A stretch of DNA of 64,000 nt from Eledone cirrhosa. Its lineage: Eukaryota. Location: assembly GCA_964016885.1 (NCBI GenBank), contig OZ024742.1, positions 61,318,001 through 61,382,000 on the forward strand. Reading direction: 5' to 3'. The translations under genes were made by a program, and so were the position numbers. Positions 14,127-26,449 of this stretch are shown here, one piece after another. A model generated the notes under the pieces. That model saw only the letters and a list, made by a program, of their open reading frames with translations, ran no database searches and was not told the origin of the DNA. Within the stretch, counting starts at the first letter, position 1; each line of letters opens with the position of its first letter.

Positions 14127-14179
14127 AGAATTGTGGTAACTACCAATCACACGGGTGATTGGTAGTTACCACAATTCTG
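14127..14179. repeat. Perfect ~24 bp hairpin
   Basis: cagaattgtggtaactaccaatcac-acgg-gtgattggtagttaccacaattctg. Confidence 0.9.
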
Positions 14180-14197
14180 TTATATATATATATATAT

Positions 14198-14291
14198 AGT
14201 CCATAAGTTCTTTCAGTACCCACCTGTGATACCATCAGTGGTAATATTATGTTTCCTCCTGTTGTATTGTGATGTCTATTCTATTTTTTTT

Positions 14292-14354
<63 letters not shown>

Positions 14355-14560
14355 TTCTTGTCTCTGCTTGCGCATGCATTTGTGTGTGTTTTCTGTTTGG
14401 TGTGTGATTTTTGTCAGAGTTTGTGTGTGTTTGTATTCTATCTTTGCTCACTAGTGTTGTTGTTGTTATTGTACCTGTGTATATTTATTTATATTGTGTG
14501 TTTGTGTATAGTTGTTGTTGTCATTCCATTCATTTTTTGTGTTCAACTTCAGTTTTCTTA
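14198..14560 (-). mobile_element. PLE pLTR family B copy with degenerate hammerhead (14201-14241)
   Basis: Minus: cca-CTGATGG-..-GAAA-gaact-TA-tgg. Body homologous to 32100-32470 and 54030-54280. Confidence 0.65.
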
Positions 14561-14647
14561 GTTCTGTTATATCATCACCATCATCATCATCATCATTTTA
14601 CGTCCGCTTTTCCCTGCTTGCAAGGGTGGAACGGGAACTGATTCTGG

Positions 14648-14687
<40 letters not shown>

Positions 14688-15331
14688 TTACAATAAAGAA
14701 AATCCACACTGGTATTTTGCTTTATTTTGTGAATTGAAACAGCATCAAGTGTCCTTTCGTGAAGCACTTTACAATAAGAAGAAATATATATATGACAAAT
14801 TCTTGTGAAAGGAAAATGAAACAATGTTCACACTCAATATGTTTGGAGTTAAAATTATAAATAGTAATAGGCGGATGAAATTCCTTACGATAGTCATTTC
14901 CCAATCTTTGCGCTCTAAGTTCAAATTCTGTCGAGCTCCACTGTTTTTGAAGTATATGTATAAAGTACCAGCATATATCTATATATATAAAGAGTAGTTC
15001 CTGTCTGTTTGTTTTTGTTTGTTTGTTCATGAACTCCTCCTATGGTTTTCTGGAAATAGACGCCCATAACCATATATATTCTGAAACTACATTGACCACC
15101 CAGGGAAGTTGGATAAGTATATTTCATTTTAATCAAAGGGTTCGCCGTTGTAAGGGGGTTCCACGAGGGCACAAACCTCTGCTGAAAGTGTTTTCCCTTC
15201 GATTTATATGATATTTAAACCATAGGTAAATGACAAGATATTATGTCAATTCATAAAATTTCAGCAAATTTCAATAATATTAAGATACCCTAATAGGAGT
15301 TGAATCCCCTATAGTGAAAGCTTTGCCCAAT

Positions 15332-16033
15332 AAATGGAACAAGGTGTTTTGTAACAAGATTGCATGAGAACTTGATTGAAACAACCATTATATTCGGGGC
15401 TTACAAAGGTCAAACTCTTCTCATTCCGAGGATTCCACTTATACCAAGTGATAGCGTGTTGCCTTTTACATTTAAGAGTCTGCAGTTCCCGGTGAAACCA
15501 TGCTTTACCATAAGCACCAATAAGATTTTAGGTCAAACTTTCAAAACTATTGGTATAGATCTGACAAACCCATGTTTCAGTCATGGCATGTTTTATGTGG
15601 CTGTTTCAAGGACTGGAACTTCAAAAAACCTCTACATTTTAGCCAATCAAGAAATGTTGTTTACCCTGGAGTTCTTCATTAGGACAAATATATTTTCATA
15701 TATTTATTATGTTAAAAAATAAATAATTAAACTTTGAATTTCTAATTTGAAAATAATGCTTTACACAAAAATGAAATGATCAAGTTTTGAATTGATATTT
15801 TGAAAAAAATAATTTACAAGAAACAAAATAAGAATAAGATTTAATAATGTAATTTTGATTTGATATATGACAAAATATAATGTTTTCCAATTTTTCATGC
15901 GCTACATTTTACATTGAGTAATATTGAAATGCAGAGTTTTTCTCCATAAATCATATCACTGATTTAAAATCAATCATCATTTTCTTACAAAAAGAAATGT
16001 GTTAAACGCGTCAACGCGCGTGTAACTCGGTTA

Positions 16034-16034
<1 letters not shown>
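15332..16034 (+). mobile_element. Helitron 3' fragment (Pif1 helicase C-terminus plus 3' terminus)
   Basis: NGTRCFV..LIPRIPL..PF.F...QFPVKPCF.I..NK..GQT...GIDL..PCFSHG..YVA.SR (SF1/Pif1 motifs). Subterminal cgcg-tcaa-cgcg hairpin, then TTAG followed by T. Confidence 0.85.
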
Positions 16035-16080
<46 letters not shown>

Positions 16081-16082
<2 letters not shown>

Positions 16083-16275
16083 AACGAGTAGGACCCCGAC
16101 GGCTGAGCTCAAGCCGTTTCGACGGCTAATTCTGGACTCCAGAATTAGCCGTCGAAATGGCTTGAACTCAGCCGTCGGGGTCCTACTCGTTACTATTACT
16201 CACTCTACTACCCAAAGTATTGAGTACTTTGGTGCGTTATGGTCCACCTGGTTCCTTACCACATTTCCTTCGTTA
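16081..16275. mobile_element. Palindromic PLE pLTR family A insertion
   Basis: Arms are inverted about tctggactccaga, the right arm is ~85 bp longer, and both ends abut (TA)n. Confidence 0.85.
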
Positions 16276-16282
16276 TATATAA

Positions 16283-16315
<33 letters not shown>

Positions 16316-16729
16316 ATATATATATATAATATATATTATATATATATATATAATATATATAATAATAATGAGTTAACGGACCCAGCATATTTATCAATGC
16401 CAGTAGCGGTTGTATCTCAGCGTACTCCATGGGCAGTGTAAGATACATTCCCAGAGTATACACATAGTTATTTGCTTCAACACAACAGACGTAAAACGAG
16501 TGCCTATAATGGTTCCAGGACTCGGGTTTCTGCCGCACCAACCCTCTACCGATACTGCCAATTTACTGCTCTATTATATATATAATAATAAGGAGTTGAC
16601 TGACCCAGCATATTTTTCAATGCCAGTACCGGTTGTATCTCAGCGTACTCCATGGGCAGTGTAAGATACATTACCAGAGTATACACATAGTTATTTGCTT
16701 CAACACAACACACGTAAATCGAGTGCCTA

Positions 16730-17318
16730 CAAGTGATAGCGTGTTGCCTTTTACATCTAAGAGTCTGCAGTTCCCGGTGAAACCATGCTTTACCATAAGC
16801 ACCAATAAGGTTCTAGGTCAAACTTTCAAAACTATTGGTATAGATCTGACAAACCCATGTTTCAGTCATGGCATGTTTTATGTGGCTGTTTCAAGGACTG
16901 GAACATCAAAAAACCTCTACATTTTAGCCAATCAAGAAATGTTGTTTACCCTGGAGTTCTTCATTAGGACAAATATATTTTCATGTATTTATTATGTTAA
17001 AAAATAAATAATTAAACTTTGAATTTCTAATTTGAAAATAATGCTTTACACAAAAATGAAATGATCAAGTTTTGAATTGATATTTTGAAAAAAATTATTT
17101 ACAAGAAACAAAATAAGAATAAGATTTAATAATGTAATTTTGATTTGATATATTACAAAAAATAATGTTTTCCTATTTTTCATGCGCTACATTTTACATT
17201 GAGTAATATTGAAATGCAGAGTTTTTCTCCATAAATCATATCACTGATTTAAAATCAATCATCATTTTCTTACAAAAAGAAATGTGTTAAACGCGTCAAC
17301 GCGGGGGTAACTCGGTTA

Positions 17319-17319
<1 letters not shown>
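16730..17319 (+). mobile_element. Second, duplicated Helitron 3' fragment
   Basis: Near-identical to 15445-16034. Confidence 0.85.
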
Positions 17320-17360
<41 letters not shown>

Positions 17361-17434
17361 CTCTCTTACTCTTTTACCTGTTTCAGCCATCCGGCTGAGG
17401 CCATGCTGGGGCACAGCCCTTGAATTATAATAAG

Positions 17435-17620
17435 ATAACTGTTTCTACTTTAGGCACAAGGACAGCAATTACATTACTGGTACTTTATTTTATCGACCCC
17501 GTAAGGATGAAAGGCAAAGTTAACCTCGGCGGGATTTGAACTCAGACTGTAAAGGGACGTAACTATGCTAGAAAGCATGGCGTCCAACCCTCTACCGATA
17601 CTGCCAATTTACTGCTCTAT
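17435..17620 (-). mobile_element. tRNA-derived SINE
   Basis: Minus: ggcagtatcggtagagggttggacgcc..ctgagttcaaatcccgccgaggttaactttgcctttcatccttacggggtcgataaaataaagtaccag. Confidence 0.85.
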
Positions 17621-18066
17621 TATATATATAATAATAAGGAGTTGACGGACCCAGCATATTTTTCAATGCCAGTACCGGTTGTATCTCAGCGTACTCCATG
17701 GGCAGTGTAAGATACATTACCAGAGTATACACATAGTTATTTGCTTCAACACAACACACGTAAATCGAGTGCCTACAATGGTTACAGGACTCGGGTTTCT
17801 ACCGCACTAATGCAGCAGTAAGTTGAACTGCACCATCCCTCTGCATATATTATGGAACAATGCACAATCGGCTTATGCAGCTTCATCAGCGGGTATCGCC
17901 TAATCAATAACCAATCGATCGAATGAATCCAAACACCAGCCCATGCTAGTCATGACTGTTTGTGACGACTGACACGGTTAAGCGGTTAGCAACTGGCACC
18001 CGATACGATTCTATCTCTCGTCTAGCCACCGATTTACAAATTTTACGTGGCTCAAAAAAGACTCAA

Positions 18067-18487
<421 letters not shown>

Positions 18488-18512
18488 ATATATATTATAA
18501 AAGAATCAATCT

Positions 18513-18626
<114 letters not shown>

Positions 18627-18695
18627 AGATTGATTCTTTTATAATATATATATATTATAAAAGAATCAATCTTATATTATATATATATATATATA

Positions 18696-18960
18696 AGGCG
18701 GGTAAAATTCCCGAGATTCATGGACGAGTTCTCTCCAGCGGTCTCTGTCCCTCATTATGCCAAAAGTCAGCTCAAAAGTGACACAGAGGAGACTGAGGTT
18801 AGCTGGACATGCTCACCGACATCCAGAGTTGACATTGCACTCAGTGCTCCTTTGTAAGCCGCTGCATGGACACACTAGAAGAGGAAGACCAAGGTTAACG
18901 TATGTTGATGCCCTAAGGACAGACACTGGTCTGTTGGAAACGCAGGACATGACAGCGATA
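18696..18960 (-). mobile_element. 5'-truncated, internally inverted RTE LINE copy
   Basis: 18696-18758 matches 21110-21173 in the same orientation, and 18760-18960 matches 21171-21372 inverted. Confidence 0.9.
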
Positions 18961-19084
18961 TATATATATATTATATATATATATTATATATATATATTAT
19001 ATATATATATTATATATATATATATATTACATATATATATATTATATATATATATATTATATATATATATACATTATATATATA

Positions 19085-21059
19085 TCTCTTTATATATATA
19101 AAAGCGAGGATGTGTCTGTGTCTCTGTACAACTTTGCATACTTAAGGCTTTTACAATTACCAACTGAATTTGACCAAACTTTCTGTGCACGTTGCACAGG
19201 TCGCTACGATTGTCACATCACAAACATTTTTCAAATCGACCCACGTTGAGCAATAAAAAATCATATCAAAATTATCGGTGGAAAAATTGATGTATGGGAG
19301 ATAACAAACTTTATTGACAATCCTTATTAAAAAGGGAGATAACCAACTTTTCAGAAATATAAACATCACATTCATTTGAAGATAAATCACTAATATTATC
19401 GTTTGTTTCTTGTTTATTCTTTGTTGCACTTTCAAAGTTAAAAAAAAACACTTGTTTTAACTTGTTTCACTATATTAAGTGTTAATTTTCGCTTTAAGGG
19501 TCTATTCTCGCAGCAGTCTCGAATTGACGAGATTTTGATGATGGTTTGTTTATTTTTAGAACAATCGTTATGGGACTTTCCATTTGAAACCATTGGGACC
19601 TAGAACTTTTACATTTTGAAAACTTTCATAAGCCATGTTGCACTTTCAAAGTTAACTGTAACGCTTCAATTCATACATTTTGACTTTACAACTTTTCACC
19701 AAATATGCCCCGTAAAAGAAAGTATGCACATATTGGATATCGGTCGAAGAAAACAATGCGTGTAAATGACGCTCCGCCGATAACCGAAAATAGACTATCA
19801 CTAAATGCGGTGAGTACAGTTATTGCAACATATTTGTCCGCCGCTGAGCGTCGGTTAGTGCGGCGAACCAATAATGCTAAAGCAACTGCTGCAGCACGAG
19901 CTGCATAGACTACAGAGCAACGTGAAACACGCCTTCTATGGATGCTACAGATACTGCTGCAGCAAGATCTGCAGAGACAGTACAAAAATATGAAAGACGC
20001 CGTGCGCGTAATGCTTCAGCTAATGTTGCAGCAAGAGCAATTGAGACTGAGCAAGAACGTCAAAGTCGGCATTTGAGAAATGCTTCAGCTACTGCTACGG
20101 CACGAGCTGTAGAGACTGTAACAAGTCGTGCTATTCGGCTGGAGGGTAACGCTTAACGTAGAGCTTTATCGCGGGGTATTTCAAAGGCATCACACTCACG
20201 ATGATACCTTAAGGCAGTTAATTATGACCCAAATGTAAACTATCAAATCCATCCTGATATTCAAATATATGCCATGAAAAAAATACTTGCCAACATTGTA
20301 AAGCTAGAAAGTGGGGGGCAGAATCAGCTGGAATGTGCTGCTCCAACAGTAAGTTTAATTTGCCCACCCTTAGGGAACCACCGCAACCTGTCCAGATGCT
20401 TCTAACAGGTAAGCATTCACAATCATGTGAGTTTCTGAAGTATATCCGACAGTACAACATTGCGTTTCAAATGACCTCTTTCGGTGCAAAACGTCTGCTC
20501 CCGAGTTGGCAGTCGAGATAATCTCTTTGCGTTTGTTCCGAAGAGAAAAACAAAGAATATCGTCTATCCTGAAATGCTTTAGTGTTAACAAAAAAAACTT
20601 ATTACAGCTCTGCCTTGACCTCACCTTACTCATTACAAAACATACCAATGTCATGCAGGATATTTTGGATTATAAGTTCAAAATTTAACCATACACAGCA
20701 AAGGATGCTCTCAAAGAATAGATTTTCTCTTATTCTACTCTCATTGTTTTTTTTGTTTGTATACAACTCTGCTTTCATTACAAATTTTTGTACTTTAGCA
20801 AAACTGCCTGTTTTTTTACAGATTTGCAACGTGTATTGTCTTTAATCATTTGTATAATTACATCCTGTTCAGTGCTTTCCTTCATTATCAGCATAGTTTT
20901 ATGTGTACAAAGATTGCACTAAATATTCGTTTGCATTAATTATTGAAGACTTCTGCTTATTTTGACAGTTTGGTGACAAATAATGTTCTTCTTTTACTTC
21001 CTAGCTGTATATTCCTAGCATAATTTCAAACCCCGAGCAACGCCAGGTAAATCTGCTAG
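19085..21059 (+). mobile_element. Internally deleted Helitron with both termini
   Basis: 5' A|TCtctttatatatataaaag. Degenerate RepHel N-terminus (MPRKRK.., helical repeats, CQHC..W..E...MCCSN..L..L.EPP..FLK.IRQYN.AFQMTSFGA). 3' cccgagcaacgccagg hairpin plus CTAG|T. Confidence 0.85.
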
Positions 21060-21107
21060 TATTATATATATATATATTATATATATATATATTATATATA
21101 TATCTAT

Positions 21108-24100
21108 CTAAGGCAGGTAAAATTCCCGAGATCCATGGACGAGTTCTCTCCAGCGGTCTCTGTCCCTCATTATCGCTGCCATATCCTGCATCTCCAACAG
21201 ACCAGTGTTTGTCCTTAGGGCATCAATATACGTTAACCTTGGTCTTCCTCTTCTAGTGTGTCCATGTAGGGGCTCCCAAAGGAGCACTGAGTGCAATGTC
21301 AACTCTGGATGTCGGTGAGCATGTCCAGCCAACCCCAGTCTCCTCTGTGTCACTTTTGAGCTGACTTTTGGGATGCTCCCATACAGCTCTGAGTTTTTCC
21401 TCCTCAGTGTATACTGATTAATGTTCAGAGCCATCCTCAGCATTCTCGTGTAGCACCCATCCACCATCTGAGTGAGTTTCTTGGTCAGTGTCCAAGTCTC
21501 AGACCCATACAGCAGCACAGACTCCACTACAGCAATGAAGAGGCTGATTTTCAGGTCTCTACGAAGGTCCGACTTCCACACCGATCTCAAGCTGAGGCAC
21601 GCCGCCCAGGCCTTGCTCTTCCTCTCAACCACATCATCCTCCGTATTCCCAATCCTTGCTCCCAAATACAGGAAGTCCTCAACCAATTCCAGCGACTTCC
21701 CGCCTACATTAGTGATCCCCTCTGGCTTCTCAACATTCTCTCCCAGATATTTTGTTTTAGTCTCATTCATTCTCAGCCCCACACTCATCGACACAGTCTC
21801 AACCTCCCGCATCAAATCCTCTGCCTCCTTCACTGTATTTGTCACCAAAACTATGTCGTCGGCAAATTCAGCATCCGATACCTTTTTCGCCCTAACTCTC
21901 CTGCTCTAAGCCAGTGCTACAGTAAAGCCAGAGTCCTGGAGTTTCTCCAGTGCAAGGCGCATACAATAGTCCACTACGATGACAAAAAGATAGGGAGCCA
22001 ATGTATCTCCCTGGAGCACTCCAGCCAGTATCTCAAAGAACTCTGTCATCCCATCAGGTGTAATGACTTGGGCTTTGGTGTTGGTGTAGAGCAGTGATAT
22101 CAGGTCCACTATCTTCTTGGGGATTCCATAAGCCTGTAAGATCTTCATCAGGCAGTAACGGTCCACAGAATCAAAGGCCTTCCTAAAGTCAATGAAAACC
22201 ATGACCGCAGGAAGCCACTTTGCTCTAGCTCCCTCTAATATCCTCCTCAGCATCAGGATGTGACTGGTGGTTGATCTACCCTCTCTGAAGCCGTTCTGCT
22301 TGTCCCTGAGCTTCTTCTCCATCTCAGGATGGATCCTGTTAAGAATCATCCTGTTGAGGGTCTTTGCCACAAGTGACGTCAGTGAGATCCCCCGGTAGTT
22401 GTTGGTGTTAGAGAGATCTCCCTTCTTTGGCACTGGGACGATGTTACTGATCCTCCACTGATTCGGGGCAACTCCTTTCTCCAGTGCCCCGTTACAGAAC
22501 CCCAGGATGATATCATCAAAATCACACCTCTTCATCACCTCTGATGCCACTCCATCTTCTCCATGAGCCTTGCCCTCCTTGATCCTCTTCTTGGCTCTCT
22601 GAAGCTCCTATCTGGTGAAGGGCTCTGTCTCAACATCCAGTTCCTCAAACAGCCGCCTGATCTCCCCAGTGCTCTGGGCTGTGGAGGGTGGCTCTCCTAG
22701 TAGGGTCCTAAAATGGTCTAGCCATTTCCTCTTCCTATCCTCGGGCCCCGTTCCCTGGATCTGACTCGAACACCTTCTCTTCCTCCCTGTGATCTCGTTG
22801 ATGATCATCCAGCTCTCCTTACATCCAGATCTGTCAACCGCTCTCTCCACACTTCTGATCTTCTCTATCAGTGCCTCCTCTCTGACCTCAGTGTAAGCGG
22901 TACAGAGCTCTTCCCTCATCACCTCCACAGTCTCCATCCTCTCCTCCGTAGGATCAGCATAGAATTGGTCCCTGGCAGCTTTCAGGTGTTCTCTGGCTGC
23001 ACACACTTTTGGGTTTGCAGAGCTGACGTGCTTCCCTTTATTCTTTTTCCTCGGCACCAGGGCTTCACTTGCTTCCGCCACTGCATTGTTAAAGTGCCCG
23101 TACCTCCTCGTCACACTCTCCCCTGTCCATCCAATCTCTCTCTCCGCTGACTCTCCACACAGAGCACTAAACCTGTTTCTCACTTCCACTGTGAACCTCT
23201 CCTGTAGCTTATCATCTTCCTTGAAAGCTCCCCAGTCATAGATTGTTCTCCGGGGCTGAGCCTTGCTCTTTCTTAAGCTCACGCGGACCTCACTCATAAC
23301 AAGCCGGTGGTCACTACCCAGTGTACTGAAATAGCTGTATGGTTCCGTGTTCAGAACACTATTCCGCCACTTTTTCCTCACCAGAATGAAATCAATCTGG
23401 GACTTGGACAGGTGCATATCTGAGATGTAGGTCCACATCTTCCCCAGATTCTTCCTAAACCTTAGGTTGGTCGCCATCAAGTTCGCCTCCAGCAGGGTGT
23501 CTCTCAGTAGTCTTCCATTTCGGTTGGTGTTGTTATGGAAGTACCAGCAAGGATCTTCACTGCCCTCCTTACTCAGGTGTGCATTGAAGTCCCCCAAAAC
23601 AAGCAGGATATTGTGTGCCTGAGTGGTGTTGACAGCTCTACAAACCTCCTCATGGAACTCTTCCGCATTCACATCGCTGTCCCCCTCGGTTGGACTATAG
23701 GCTGAGATGACTGTCAGTCTTGGGTTTCCATTGAAGGTCACCCTCAACACTCGCGGGGAGATAGGCATTATTTCCCTCACCAACAGATTGGTTTTTGCAC
23801 TGAACACAAAACCCACTCCTCCTACTGCAGCATTTGTTGTGTTCTTCACTGCCGATGTAGTGAGCTGGCTCTTCTTCCCAATCATGACACTCCTCATGGG
23901 TTCATCGTGTAGAATCCTGTGTTCTTGGATCGCAAGTATCTGTATACCACTCTCCTCGAACAGATGTCCCAACTCCTCTCTCTTCTCCAGCGTCCGAATA
24001 GTCCTCAAATCAAAGTGCCCATTTTGATGGCTCTTCTGCAGGACAAAACTGCATTCTTTATATTTGTCTCAAAGACAGCTGATCCATCATCCACTGGCCC

Positions 24101-24403
24101 TCTCTGTGGCTCTAAGCCAGCAGAGTCATAACGACCAGGCTGCTCCTTGACAGTGTTATTAGGGGCTCTAACCCTAGTGCTGTTAGATCGACTCTCCATA
24201 TTTCTTTTCAATGGCTGACAATACCTTACCGGCGCCACTCGAATAAGGTAGTTATTTATGACATTAAACTACATCCAGTGGCAAGGCTCCAGTTCGGGAG
24301 TTCAGGAGATGTGGGGAATGTGGAGTTACCCCTTAGTTGTCATGACTCCCAGGTCTACCCTGGCCCGGGGTGGTAGTACCTGTTAGGGCTCCATTTATGG
24401 GTT
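21108..24403 (-). mobile_element. Near-full-length RTE-clade non-LTR retrotransposon (APE endonuclease plus RT), mildly decayed
   Basis: APE motifs (ILAIQEHR, YSPT, LGDFNA, SQIDFI, SDH) and RT motifs (VPKKGD, NYRGISL, QNGFREGRST, FIDFRKAFDSV, GVLQGD.LAP.LF, EFADD). One frameshift near 24008 and in-frame stops at 22608 and 21906. Flanked by (TA)n. Confidence 0.95.
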
Positions 24404-24459
24404 ATATATATATATATTATATATATATATATTATATATATATATATATATTTATATAT

Positions 24460-24801
24460 TTTTTATTGTATAAAAGGAGCTTCTACAGGACTAGTACTGT
24501 TTCATTCAGATGAAATCTTCAGGAAGCTGGGTGTCATATTAAGTTCTGGTATTTATACATTTAGGTAGTGGTAAGGGAGGGGTAGTGGCTGGGGGGGGAT
24601 TTTGGGGGGTAGGATGGTATTTAGATACACAGGACCACAACATGGCACAGGCCGTTTTTTCTTTGGGGAGTGGTCAATTAGCCGGAGTGCTTTTTGAAAT
24701 AAATAAATAAATAAATAAGTAAATAAATAAATAAATAAATGAATAAATAGATAAATGAATAAATAGAATTACTATTCTTGGGGTTTCTATTTATTTTTTT
24801 T

Positions 24802-24836
<35 letters not shown>

Positions 24837-25218
24837 TTTTTTTATTTTATTTTATTTATTCAATTATCTATTTATTCATTTATTTATTTATTTACTTATT
24901 TATTTATTTCAAAAAGCACTATGGCTAATTGACCACTCCCCCAAGAAAAAACGGCCTGTGCCATGTTGTGGTCCTGTGTATCTAAATACCATCCTACCCC
25001 AACCCCCCAACCCCCCAGCCACCACCCCTCCCTTACCACTACCTAAATGTATAAATACCAGAACTTAATATGACACCCAGCTTCCTGCAGATTTCATTTG
25101 AATGAAACAGTACTAGTCCTGTAGAAGCTCCTTCTATACAATAAAAAATGTTTTACTCTGCCATGTATTGAGTACCTTACTTACTGTGGTTATCCCCGAC
25201 TTAACCCGGGACCTACGT
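24460..25218. mobile_element. ~300 bp inverted repeat (foldback PLE pLTR family D)
   Basis: 24460-24765 is inverted at ~24850-25149, and the right arm extends to 25218. Related copy at 59581-59790. Confidence 0.85.
24478..24528 (-). ncRNA. Type I hammerhead ribozyme (canonical core)
   Basis: agcttc-CTGAAGA-t-ttca-tc-tgaa-t-GAAA-cag-tactagtc-ctg-TA-gaagct, predicted GUA cleavage. The mirror copy at 25079-25129 has CTGCAGA. Confidence 0.85.
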
Positions 25219-25225
25219 ATATATT

Positions 25226-25291
<66 letters not shown>

Positions 25292-25298
<7 letters not shown>

Positions 25299-25723
25299 GT
25301 GAGGTTTTTTTTACAAAATGAAAAATAACCGAGGTGTCCTACACGAGTGGAAGTATAAAGAAAAAGGGATGAAATCGAAAATGCAACTGAAGTCTTATTT
25401 TTTTTTAAAATATATATATTTTTATTTGGTTCCTTTACCGGTTTCGCAGTTCTTCTGCTTTTCAAAAGGTGAGTTGAGATGGAGGGTCTGTGGTTTTTCT
25501 CACATCTGTGAGAAAAACCACAGACCCTCCATCTCAACTCACCTTTTGAAAAGCAGAAGAACTGCGAAACCGGTATGTGAGAAAAACCACAGACCCTCCA
25601 TCTCAACTCACCTTTTGAAAAGCAGAAGAACTGCGAAACCGGTAAAGGAACCAAATAAAAATATATATATTTTTTAAAAAAATAAGACTTCAGTTGCATT
25701 TTCGATTTCATCCCTTTTTCTTT

Positions 25724-25725
<2 letters not shown>
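25292..25725. mobile_element. Palindromic plus tandem pLTR family E with three hammerhead copies
   Basis: Inverted about cacatctgtg (25505). HHR cctt-TTGAAAA-gcag/ctgc-GAAA-ccgg-TA-aagg at 25432-25469 (-) and 25611-25648 (+), with a truncated copy at 25542-25575. Confidence 0.85.
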
Positions 25726-25744
<19 letters not shown>

Positions 25745-25758
<14 letters not shown>

Positions 25759-26380
25759 AATATGTGTGTTTGTGTGTCTGTGTGTGTGTGTGTCTGTCAG
25801 TTTGAATCCCTAAAACTCGAGAAGTACCCAACCGATTTTTTTCAAACTGCACATGAGTATTACTTATGTTTCAGGGTGTGTTATCAAGTGTTTGATCCCT
25901 TAGAGTCCACATTAGGTGAAAAACTGCGTTTTTTCAAGCTTTTTATGGGTTTTTTTAGGCGTTACGTCAGACCGATTTTCTTGAAATTGTAACTATGTAT
26001 TAGTCAGTCTCTTCTTCATACCGTGAACAAAGAAAATCCAACTTTTTTATGGTTTACAGCCCGCATTAGGTGAAAAACTTCATTTTTTCAGCTTTTTAGG
26101 GCTTGTATGAGGTGTTACGTCTAGCCGATTTTACTAAAATTTCAAGGTATACTATGCACATAAAAAAATTCATTTTCTTGGTCCCTAGGGCCCGCATCAC
26201 ATGAAAACCTACATTTTTCCTGCTTCATCGAGGAAAATCTTAAAGATTATCCAGACATCAGAGTATTTGGTTTATTTTCTTTACATATTATCCAGGCATC
26301 CAGTTTTTCCACGATTAGGTTTGTTGGCGGCCCGCGTTCCAAAATACCTTATCCCGTGCAACGCCGAGTACCACTGCTTG
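25745..26380 (+). mobile_element. Non-autonomous Helitron
   Basis: 5' gtctg/GT microsatellite then aaactcgagaagtacccaaccgatttt. Internal subrepeats (attaggtgaaaaact). 3' cccgtgcaacgccgag hairpin plus CTTG|T. Confidence 0.7.
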
Positions 26381-26391
26381 TATATTATATA

Positions 26392-26446
<55 letters not shown>

Positions 26447-26449
<3 letters not shown>

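Noticed and set aside
24240-24403. Possible HDV-like ribozyme in the RTE 5' UTR
   Set aside because: Some nested pairings and a CTAA are visible on the minus strand, but the P3/L3 region is too short for the HDV fold.
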